Virus record (IMG/VR): IMGVR_UViG_3300045988_173503
Span: 1 to 35,338 of that record
From: a virus
Strand: one strand, 5' to 3'
DNA length: 35,338 nucleotides
The translations under genes and the position numbers were made by a program. The notes below the pieces were generated by a model. It ran no database searches. It saw nothing but the letters and a program-made list of their open reading frames with translations, and was not told the DNA's origin. Every line of letters starts with the position of its first letter. Positions within the stretch are counted from its first letter, which is position 1. Below, one piece after another: positions 1 to 5,709 of this stretch.

Positions 1-55
1 GAACCCATGTTACAGCCGTGAAAGGGCCGTGTCTTAACCGCTTGACCAACGGGCC
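1..55. repeat. Terminal direct repeat, copy 1 (equals nt 1-55 of tRNA-Glu on the minus strand)
   Basis: Read base by base, 1..55 is identical to 35284..35338. The copy is cut off by the window edge, so its true extent is unknown. Confidence 0.95.
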
Positions 56-82
56 GGAATTCCCGACCTGTTGGCCGGAAAA

Positions 83-159
83 TGGTAGCGGAGATTGGAC
101 TTGAACCCATGACCTACCGGGTATGAACCGGTTGCTCTAGCCAGCTGAGCTACTCCGCC
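83..159 (-). tRNA. tRNA-Met (anticodon CAU), 77 nt with encoded CCA
   Basis: The reverse complement folds as a cloverleaf: GGCGGAG/TA/GCTC-AGCTGGCTA-GAGC/A/ACCGG-TTCATAC-CCGGT/AGGTC/ATGGG-TTCAAGT-CCAAT/CTCCGCT/A/CCA. The anticodon loop is TTCATAC. By my folding it has a G1-U72 wobble and a G51-A63 mismatch. I cannot tell elongator Met from lysidine-modified Ile2 by eye. Confidence 0.85.
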
Positions 160-203
160 ATATTCACTCGGACCTTTTGAGTCTCACTCACGAGTGCTTA
201 AAT

Positions 204-232
204 ATTATACCACAAACGAAAGCGTTTGTCAA
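204..232 (-). promoter_or_regulatory. Consensus sigma-A promoter of the tRNA-Met/tRNA-Glu operon
   Basis: The minus strand reads TTGACA (227..232), a 17-nt spacer, then TGgTATAAT (-10 at 204..209, with an extended -10 TG). It sits about 40 nt upstream of the tRNA-Met 5' end. Confidence 0.75.
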
Positions 233-325
233 GGGGTTAGAGCAAAGTTTTTTGTTTTTTTTCGGAATTGTCAGGGATGTACTGAAAACCGGCGGCTGGC
301 GGGCGAAGTTCGTCTGTTTTTGCGC

Positions 326-354
326 TTGAAAAGAGCGCCGGGAAGTGGTATCAT
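326..354 (+). promoter_or_regulatory. Sigma-A-type promoter facing the accessory/early region
   Basis: TTGAAA (326..331), a 17-nt spacer, then TGgTATCAT (-10 at 349..354) with an extended -10 TG. A non-coding leader of about 200 nt follows. Confidence 0.6.
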
Positions 355-562
355 ATATATGTCGATAAATTCAGAATACGCGCCGGACGGAAAACCGCTC
401 GGACGACGTATTATATCGCACAGAGTAGACCATGACGCGTGAAGTGTCCGGCGGACGGGGAGTTGTCGCCGGAACGAAAGAATCCTAAGGATTACTGCGG
501 TGTCAGGGTCGCATCCCGCTGTCGCATACCCGGAGAATTTCCTTAACGGATAACTTCCTTAT

Positions 563-733
563 ATGCTGCCTGTCGGAATGCTGCATATCAAGGTCAAGCG
601 ACTCGAAGAGCGCATGAGCAAGATCGAAGATCCCGCTTTTACCTATTATAACGGTAATATAGGTTCTTGGCAGGAGCTTGCGCGCATTACCGACAAAAGC
701 CCGGCGGTCGATAACCGCCGGACACAGATTTAG
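563..733 (+). CDS. Small hypothetical protein (56 aa; alternative ATG at 578), paralog of 1982..2161
   Basis: This ORF is below the 60-aa cutoff of the ORF track and I translated it by hand: MLPVGMLHIKVKRLEERMSKIEDPAFTYYNGNIGSWQELARITDKSPAVDNRRTQI. The C-terminal two thirds align without gaps to the 1982..2161 product. No clear RBS is visible. Confidence 0.5.
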   Translation: MLPVGMLHIKVKRLEERMSKIEDPAFTYYNGNIGSWQELARITDKSPAVDNRRTQI

Positions 734-780
734 TCTTTCAAGAAGTCTATAATGCACTTTCTCATGTCAAGGAGGTAAGA

Positions 781-969
781 TTGATTAGCTTTGGTGAAGC
801 GCGAATCGTGTTATTGACAATAGCGGTGTCAGCAATTACATCTTCGGTGTGCGCATGGCTCGTCACAAAAAATCAATGCACATATTTTCTTCGCACGGTT
901 GACAAATATGTAGATTGGACTATGGAACGAATTATAGAAATTGTAAGAGGAGGTAGAAAAAATGGATAA
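781..969 (+). CDS. Small membrane protein (62 aa, one predicted TM helix)
   Basis: TTG start, 5 nt after AAGGAGG. Hydrophobic stretch ARIVLLTIAVSAITSSVCAWLV. No recognisable family. Confidence 0.55.
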   Translation: MISFGEARIVLLTIAVSAITSSVCAWLVTKNQCTYFLRTVDKYVDWTMERIIEIVRGGRKNG

Positions 970-1117
970 TCATGAAAAAGAAGTCCTTCGCAAGCAGCTT
1001 GACCTGCTTGCCGAAAAGTCGGTTGTGATCGCCCATCTTGCCGGGCATGAAAGCGATCTTCTAGCATACACGAACATAATGTGCGAGATCGTAAAGCTTC
1101 TCCAGTGGGAATCATAA
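962..1117 (+). CDS. Small hypothetical protein (51 aa)
   Basis: Hand-translated ORF below the track cutoff: MDNHEKEVLRKQLDLLAEKSVVIAHLAGHESDLLAYTNIMCEIVKLLQWES. A GAGGAGG RBS precedes it. Its stop overlaps the next start (TAATG). Confidence 0.5.
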   Translation: MDNHEKEVLRKQLDLLAEKSVVIAHLAGHESDLLAYTNIMCEIVKLLQWES

Positions 1118-1326
1118 TGAACCAGATAGACCAGCACATCGAAGCACAGCTCAAAGCCGCATGGCAAGCAATCTTCGAAGGCAAGAACCAATCGCAGATT
1201 CCCGAAGACAAGCCGTTTGGTCATGACAATCGCTTTCCGGACGAGCCGCACAATCCATGGCACATCCTGATCGGATTCGTCGCCGGGATTGTTGTCGCGG
1301 TAGCCGCGCGGCTGATATTCCAATAA
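1117..1326 (+). CDS. Small membrane protein (69 aa, C-terminal TM helix)
   Basis: Internal ATG of track ORF 1081..1326, coupled to the upstream stop. C-terminal hydrophobic segment ILIGFVAGIVVAVAARLIF. Confidence 0.5.
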   Translation: MNQIDQHIEAQLKAAWQAIFEGKNQSQIPEDKPFGHDNRFPDEPHNPWHILIGFVAGIVVAVAARLIFQ

Positions 1327-1341
1327 AAAGGAGGTGAACCC

Positions 1342-1548
1342 ATGTACGCTATCTTATTACTGTTGATCGCGGCAGGAACGGCGGGATTACCTGCGCCATA
1401 TCTCGTGGCACTGTGCGTAATCTCCGCCGTCTGGCTGATCGGGCGTGAAGTAGATCGAAAACGAGCCCTCAAGTCCCTTCCGTCAGCATTTTCGAAGGCA
1501 CTGCTGGAAGTGATAGAGAAACTTGAAGAGAACGCCTCGAATAAGTGA
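1342..1548 (+). CDS. Small membrane protein (68 aa, two N-terminal TM helices)
   Basis: AGGAGGTG RBS 6 nt upstream of the ATG. Hydrophobic N-terminal half, charged C-terminal tail. Confidence 0.6.
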   Translation: MYAILLLLIAAGTAGLPAPYLVALCVISAVWLIGREVDRKRALKSLPSAFSKALLEVIEKLEENASNK

Positions 1549-1550
1549 CT

Positions 1551-1895
1551 TTACTGCGGAATCCTAGGTAATGCGTCTTGAATCGTTGATGCAAGGTTTA
1601 TTACCGCCGGAGTCACTTCAGCTATAGTCTTCAAGCGGTTGCAGATGTAAGTAATCTTACCGACCGACAAAAAGCCTTCGCCGATGATCTTAGTGATCTC
1701 GGGCGGCAATTTGTTCTCGCCGTCGCAGTAGCATTTCAGCCTTTCATATACCTGCGGCGGCAGCGGCTCGTTCTCGGAATAGACTTTCTTAAGGAGTTCG
1801 AGCTTTTCGAGAGCGAGATCGCACCACTTGAAGTACTGTAGCTCTTCCCAAGTGAAATTTGATGTGTCAGCCCACGTCATAAGAGAATCTTTCAC
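1551..1895 (-). CDS. Hypothetical protein (114 aa), cassette gene 1
   Basis: GTG start preceded by the conserved leader GGAGGTGATTAT and the cassette promoter. No recognisable family. Confidence 0.65.
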   Translation of the reverse strand: MKDSLMTWADTSNFTWEELQYFKWCDLALEKLELLKKVYSENEPLPPQVYERLKCYCDGENKLPPEITKIIGEGFLSVGKITYICNRLKTIAEVTPAVINLASTIQDALPRIPQ

Positions 1896-1981
1896 ATAAT
1901 CACCTCCTCTCCGAGATGATTATACCACAAAAACAAACAAAAATCAAGACGGATTTCCAAAACATTGAAGGAGGTGAGAGA
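1896..1981 (-). promoter_or_regulatory. Promoter-leader cassette, copy 1
   Basis: The minus strand reads TTGATT (1942..1947), a 17-nt spacer, TGgTATAAT (-10 at 1919..1924), then GGAGGTGATTAT-GTG. The plus-strand end carries GAAGGAGGTGAGAGA-ATG for the divergent gene. About 95% identical to copy 2 by hand alignment. Confidence 0.75.
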
Positions 1982-2161
1982 ATGAAGAAAAGCGAGCGAA
2001 TCAAATTGCTTGAAGAAAAGGTCAAGCGGCTCGAACGTCGCGTGAGCGAGATAGAAGACCCTACTTGTACCTACTATAACGGAATTATACGTTCATGGCA
2101 GGAACTTGCGCGCATTACTGATAAAAGCCCGGCGGTCGATAACCGCCGGACACGGAATTAG
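1982..2161 (+). CDS. Small hypothetical coiled-coil protein (59 aa)
   Basis: ATG 6 nt after GGAGGTG: MKKSERIKLLEEKVKRLERRVSEIEDPTCTYYNGIIRSWQELARITDKSPAVDNRRTRN. Paralog of 563..733. The 3' end contains a GC hairpin at 2129..2149. Confidence 0.6.
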   Translation: MKKSERIKLLEEKVKRLERRVSEIEDPTCTYYNGIIRSWQELARITDKSPAVDNRRTRN

Positions 2162-2349
2162 TCTCTCAAGTAATCGATAATGCACTTTCTCATATCATTG
2201 AGTGCATAGACCATCAATCTTGAAAGCTGTGCCATGTCTGCTTCGCAGACTGGGGTTGTACTGCCCTCAGGAAATGTTTCCTGAGCGTGCAGTGCAAACT
2301 CGTTGATAGCCGCATTGAGCTTATTGTTAAGCAAATTAATGTTTTTCAC
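2158..2349 (-). CDS. Hypothetical protein (63 aa), cassette gene 2
   Basis: GTG start behind GGAGGTGATTAT and the copy-2 promoter. Its stop codon overlaps the stop of 1982..2161. Confidence 0.6.
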   Translation of the reverse strand: MKNINLLNNKLNAAINEFALHAQETFPEGSTTPVCEADMAQLSRLMVYALNDMRKCIIDYLRD

Positions 2350-2436
2350 ATAATCACCTCCTCTCCGAGATGATTATATCACAAAAACGAACAAAAATCA
2401 AGACGGATTTCAAAAACTATTGAAGGAGGTGAGAGA
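2350..2436 (-). promoter_or_regulatory. Promoter-leader cassette, copy 2
   Basis: The minus strand reads TTGATT (2396..2401), a 17-nt spacer, TGaTATAAT (-10 at 2373..2378), then GGAGGTGATTAT-GTG. Confidence 0.75.
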
Positions 2437-2652
2437 ATGAAGAAAAAGCCAATAAAGCGTGATTTCTATAAGGAAGGCGCACTGAATGGCGCACGTGCCA
2501 AGAAACAGCAGGAAGTCCGAAAGCTCGCAAAAGAGATCGTTGTTCTTATCGGCGAAAAACATAGCCTCACTCACGAGGAAGCAATGGAAGTGCTTGATCG
2601 GAGCAAGGCTATGCTTAACTACTTCTGCGAGCTTCGACTCGACAGAAGTTAG
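2437..2652 (+). CDS. Hypothetical basic protein (71 aa)
   Basis: ATG after GAAGGAGGTGAGAGA. No recognisable family. Confidence 0.6.
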   Translation: MKKKPIKRDFYKEGALNGARAKKQQEVRKLAKEIVVLIGEKHSLTHEEAMEVLDRSKAMLNYFCELRLDRS

Positions 2653-2841
2653 TTAATTCTGCGAGCCGAAGTCAATGGGGTGGGCGTCGTCGTAAGCATC
2701 AAGAGCAGATTTAGCTCTATCGCGCAACTGGCAGTATCGCGTAGCAAATCCATCAATACTGCCCGCCCCCTTTTCCGTCGCACTAATGCGCAGATACTCA
2801 ATTGCGAGTTCATGCGCTATAGTCTCGTTGTTCGGTTTCAT
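2653..2841 (-). CDS. Hypothetical protein (62 aa), cassette gene 3
   Basis: ATG behind GGAGGTGATTAT and the copy-3 promoter. Its stop abuts the stop of 2437..2652 with no gap. Confidence 0.6.
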   Translation of the reverse strand: MKPNNETIAHELAIEYLRISATEKGAGSIDGFATRYCQLRDRAKSALDAYDDAHPIDFGSQN

Positions 2842-2927
2842 ATAATCACCTCCTCTCTGAGATGATTATACCATAAAATGGACGAAATGTCAAGAATCGT
2901 TCCATGAAAGGAAAGGAGGTGAGAGGG
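2842..2927 (-). promoter_or_regulatory. Promoter-leader cassette, copy 3
   Basis: The minus strand reads TTGACA (2888..2893), a 17-nt spacer, TGgTATAAT (-10 at 2865..2870), then GGAGGTGATTAT-ATG. Confidence 0.75.
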
Positions 2928-3161
2928 ATGAACGAGGTTGCGACAGTAAATCACATTCCAGAAAATCCGAGAGAGCGGTTTCTCCGAAATGTGATGGAAA
3001 TGAATAGTCAAAGCACGGCTTCTTTGATAAAACTCAAAAAGTCCCGGAAACTCGGTATCCGGCTTATACTGTCTGATCAGTTTTCGGCGGATGCGACCGA
3101 TTCCGAAAGATGCTGTAAAAGGTTCGTCAAGCGATTAAAGTCGTTGACCAGTTCGATGTAA
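2928..3161 (+). CDS. Hypothetical protein (77 aa)
   Basis: ATG after GGAAAGGAGGTGAGAGGG. The last 85 nt overlap the convergent gene 3077..3442, so the true 3' extent and the coding status of the tail are uncertain. Confidence 0.45.
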   Translation: MNEVATVNHIPENPRERFLRNVMEMNSQSTASLIKLKKSRKLGIRLILSDQFSADATDSERCCKRFVKRLKSLTSSM

Positions 3162-3442
3162 TCGCTGTTGTCTTGATCGACGTCATGCAGTTCACACATA
3201 TTTATGTTGTGCGAATAAAAGCGGCGCGAATAATTCAGAGCAAACAGTATAGCCGTCCAATCCGATTTGTCTATGATATCGGCATTTTTAGAGTGCATTC
3301 GGTCACGGAACTGTTTCAGATGAGCAAGTTTTTTTGCAACTTTAGGTTGGCTCGTTCCTGATTTGTTGTCAACTATGGTCAGGGTTATGGCTTTATAGAG
3401 TGCTTGGGTATCTTCGGCACTCAAATTCAGATTCACGTTCAT
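3077..3442 (-). CDS. Hypothetical protein (121 aa), cassette gene 4
   Basis: Internal ATG of track ORF 3077..3523, directly behind GGAGGTGATTAT and the copy-4 promoter (MNVNLNLSAEDTQALYK...). No recognisable family. Confidence 0.65.
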   Translation of the reverse strand: MNVNLNLSAEDTQALYKAITLTIVDNKSGTSQPKVAKKLAHLKQFRDRMHSKNADIIDKSDWTAILFALNYSRRFYSHNINMCELHDVDQDNSDYIELVNDFNRLTNLLQHLSESVASAEN

Positions 3443-3503
3443 ATAATCACCTCCCTTCGAGTTGATTATACCACAAAAATAAACGAATGTCAAGGAGACC
3501 ACC
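3443..3503 (-). promoter_or_regulatory. Promoter-leader cassette, copy 4 (shorter)
   Basis: The minus strand reads TTGACA (3488..3493), a 17-nt spacer, TGgTATAAT (-10 at 3465..3470), then GGGAGGTGATTAT-ATG. It borders the first gene of the long plus-strand operon. Confidence 0.75.
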
Positions 3504-3782
3504 ATGAAAGCAGAAGAAATCAAAACCGACCTCGGAAATTTCGTCCGGGTAAAATGCGGGGTCGTCTGCTACAGGGACCCGGACGGGACGCCGAACGGAA
3601 AGGTTGTGGATCTTTACCGGGAGATACCGGAGAAGGCATACGACCCTGAGCGAGGGCTCACGACCGACGAGAAGAACGCCGCGAACTACGCCGCCGACTA
3701 TATCTTCGCGAAACTGCTCGAGGAAAACGGCGGCATGGCGGATTACATACGCCGCTTCGGCGGCAAACGCAGTAGAAAATAA
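3504..3782 (+). CDS. Hypothetical protein (92 aa), first gene of the early operon
   Basis: GGAG RBS and a clean ORF. No recognisable family. Confidence 0.6.
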   Translation: MKAEEIKTDLGNFVRVKCGVVCYRDPDGTPNGKVVDLYREIPEKAYDPERGLTTDEKNAANYAADYIFAKLLEENGGMADYIRRFGGKRSRK

Positions 3783-3795
3783 GGAGGAAAACACA

Positions 3796-3954
3796 ATGGA
3801 CAACAGACAGAAAGTAAACGCGATTCTTCGTGACGAGGCTTTTTCTAAGCTCTCCAAGATAGAGCGCAGGCTCGTCGCAAGCTATATCGAGGGCGTAATC
3901 GCCTGTGCGGAGCTTCGCGAACAGAAGCCCGAGAAGGAGGACAAGCCGGCATGA
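3796..3954 (+). CDS. Small hypothetical protein (52 aa)
   Basis: Internal ATG of track ORF 3604..3954, preceded by AAGGAGG. Its stop overlaps the next start (ATGA). Confidence 0.5.
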   Translation: MDNRQKVNAILRDEAFSKLSKIERRLVASYIEGVIACAELREQKPEKEDKPA

Positions 3955-4160
3955 AGCAGACAAAGTTCAAAGCCCTGCTCGCGGAGCGGAACATCAGTAT
4001 AAGCCGCCTCGCGAAGGACGCCGGAATCAGCCGGGCGATGCTTTATCGGAAGATCGAGGGCGTCTGCGACTTCACCTACACCGAAATCTACAAGATCTGC
4101 ATGACGCTCGGACTTTCCGATCCGCTCGCGGTATTCATCCCAAAGGAGAAAAGAAAATGA
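3951..4160 (+). CDS. XRE/Cro-like helix-turn-helix DNA-binding protein (69 aa)
   Basis: HTH-like segment NISISRLAKDAGISRAMLYRKIEG. Small size and early-operon position fit a Cro-type regulator. Confidence 0.6.
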   Translation: MKQTKFKALLAERNISISRLAKDAGISRAMLYRKIEGVCDFTYTEIYKICMTLGLSDPLAVFIPKEKRK

Positions 4161-4483
4161 ACAAGAGAATCAAAAAAAAACACTTCGTCCGCTTCGCGGA
4201 AGCCGTCATGTTTTATCGCGAAGAGGGGCTCGAATGGTGCTCATACCAGAAAGCGAAGCCGGTCGGCGGTAAAGCCGCGAAAAAATGCTGGCAGTACGCT
4301 CTCGAGTGCGGACACGAAAACGCGCTCGACGAAAAGCCGATCTTTCGACCGGAGCGGAAATACGTCTTCGCCGTCACGCAGACAGACGACTTCCGGCGTC
4401 TCGTCGAGCCGATCCGGGTAACCCCGATCGACGCCGACAAGCCCGCGCACAGAGACACGCCGCGTCCGACACGGAACAGATAA
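4157..4483 (+). CDS. Hypothetical protein (108 aa)
   Basis: ATG within track ORF 3905..4483, after AAGGAGAA. The ATGA overlaps the upstream stop. Confidence 0.55.
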   Translation: MNKRIKKKHFVRFAEAVMFYREEGLEWCSYQKAKPVGGKAAKKCWQYALECGHENALDEKPIFRPERKYVFAVTQTDDFRRLVEPIRVTPIDADKPAHRDTPRPTRNR

Positions 4484-4496
4484 GGAGATCAGAACG

Positions 4497-4733
4497 ATGA
4501 CAGAACTCGAAATGCAAAGCAAACTCATCCGCCAGCAGCAGTCCCAGATCAACGACCTGCGGCAGTGCAACAAAATGCTCGAGAGGGCAAATCAGCTTCT
4601 CGCCGACGCCCTCGCCGCCGTGCTCGAGCGTGAGGGACGCGACAGAGTCTTCGTCCCGCGAGAGGGTGAGAAGGCTGAGTTCCGCGCCGAAGAAACCCTC
4701 GACGGCGGCGGGATTCTGCTGTGCAGGGCATGA
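4497..4733 (+). CDS. Hypothetical coiled-coil protein (78 aa)
   Basis: AAGGAGA RBS. N-terminal heptad-like sequence. Confidence 0.55.
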   Translation: MTELEMQSKLIRQQQSQINDLRQCNKMLERANQLLADALAAVLEREGRDRVFVPREGEKAEFRAEETLDGGGILLCRA

Positions 4734-4754
4734 GAAATGTCCGGCATAAAAATA

Positions 4755-4829
4755 GCGTCCGGGCAGTACACCACTACCACCCGGACGCAAAGGAGATCTC
4801 CTCTGACAAGGACACCATATACAGTATAT
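4755..4829 (+). promoter_or_regulatory. Intergenic regulatory region with three palindromes and a weak promoter-like element
   Basis: 8-bp GC stem CGTCCGGG/CCCGGACG (4755..4786). 12-bp palindrome AGGAGATCTCCT (4790..4801). CTGACA (4802..4807), 16 nt, then TATATC (4824..4829), overlapping the 13-nt palindrome ATATACAGTATAT (4816..4828). Confidence 0.35.
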
Positions 4830-4879
4830 CACAAATCAATGGCAAAGTCAACAGCCTGAAAATAAAAAGTGAGGACAAC

Positions 4880-5146
4880 ATGAAACCACACGAAACTCTC
4901 CCCGAGGACATCGAAAGAAGAGTCGGGCGGTCGCTCTGGAACATCCGCGCGAGCGGCGAAGGGCTCGACGACGCGACGGTCGTCCGCACCTACAAGCGAG
5001 CATACGCGAAGTACCGCTCCGCCGTGATGGGCGACGACACCTACCGACCGGAAATCGGAATGCCGACCGGCTACATAACCGAGACTTTTATTAAAAAAGA
5101 GGCGTGGAGACGCTACGCCGAAGAAAGGAAGATTGAGCTTGACTGA
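4880..5146 (+). CDS. Hypothetical protein (88 aa)
   Basis: Internal ATG of track ORF 4721..5146, after GTGAGGA. The sequence upstream of it looks non-coding. Confidence 0.55.
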   Translation: MKPHETLPEDIERRVGRSLWNIRASGEGLDDATVVRTYKRAYAKYRSAVMGDDTYRPEIGMPTGYITETFIKKEAWRRYAEERKIELD

Positions 5147-5366
5147 GACGACCGCAACCGGAAACAGATGGAGGAACTACGGCTGTATCGGCGGGAGTGT
5201 CTATCGTATCGCTCTGACCGACCGCTACGGATGGCCGCTCGTATACTTCAAGGGCTACTACAACCCCAAACGGCAAGCCTACCGTCTGTATCCGGAAAAG
5301 GTCGTCGTACCCGGCGCGTGGGACATAACCCCGCGCTGGCTCTACTGGCACGAGTTTGCAAGGTAA
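5133..5366 (+). CDS. Hypothetical protein (77 aa)
   Basis: TTG start overlapping the upstream gene end. Trp/Tyr-rich sequence. The start is uncertain. Confidence 0.4.
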   Translation: MSLTETTATGNRWRNYGCIGGSVYRIALTDRYGWPLVYFKGYYNPKRQAYRLYPEKVVVPGAWDITPRWLYWHEFAR

Positions 5367-5373
5367 CACAGAC

Positions 5374-5709
5374 ATGATTCAGAAGCACTTCGTCCCGATC
5401 ACCACACGGCGACCGTGGACATATGAAGAAAAACAGCTCGCAAGAACACTCCGGGAAAAAGGCATGTCCTGCGCGAAGATCGCGGAAACGCTCGACCGCA
5501 CCGAGAACGCCGTGCGGATATTCTTCGGCGAGCGATCAATCAGATACAAGCTCCCGGACAGAAAAGCCGCCGGTCCGTGGATGGATAAAGACCAGATCAT
5601 CCGCGAATGGAGACAGGCGAAAGACCCGGACGCCCAGATGCTGATTCTCGCGGAGCTGAATGACGTCCCGCTCCCGTACATCAAGAAGATCATAAGGGAA
5701 GGTACATAA
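5374..5709 (+). CDS. Myb/SANT-like HTH DNA-binding protein (111 aa)
   Basis: Segment RRPWTYEEKQLARTLREKGMSCAKIAETLDRTENAVR resembles SANT/Myb-type or sigma region-4-type HTH domains common in phage early regions. Confidence 0.5.
   Translation: MIQKHFVPITTRRPWTYEEKQLARTLREKGMSCAKIAETLDRTENAVRIFFGERSIRYKLPDRKAAGPWMDKDQIIREWRQAKDPDAQMLILAELNDVPLPYIKKIIREGT

Noticed and set aside
1-55. Reading the 55-bp terminal repeats as attL/attR of a prophage integrated into tRNA-Glu
   Set aside because: The repeat spans the 5' part of the tRNA rather than the 3' part usually duplicated by integrases. No integrase is present. The joined ends reconstruct a coherent promoter-tRNA-tRNA-terminator unit. I kept it as the alternative hypothesis in the first finding because the left copy is truncated by the window.
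345-358. 14-nt exact repeat GTGGTATCATATAT at 345..358 and 13457..13470, as a possible phage-specific promoter motif
   Set aside because: For a 35-kb sequence about two same-strand 14-mer repeats are expected by chance (N^2/2 divided by 4^14). Most of the match is generic extended -10 sequence. I noted it only in the promoter evidence.
194-442. 82-aa ORF between the tRNA promoter and the leader
   Set aside because: It has no RBS, spans two promoters on opposite strands plus T-runs, and its translation looks random. I treated the region as regulatory or non-coding.
503-757. 84-aa minus-strand ORF
   Set aside because: It lies antisense to the conserved paralog of 1982..2161. The duplication alignment shows that the plus-strand frame is the conserved one. 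Only the last 13 codons of a different minus-strand gene survive here.
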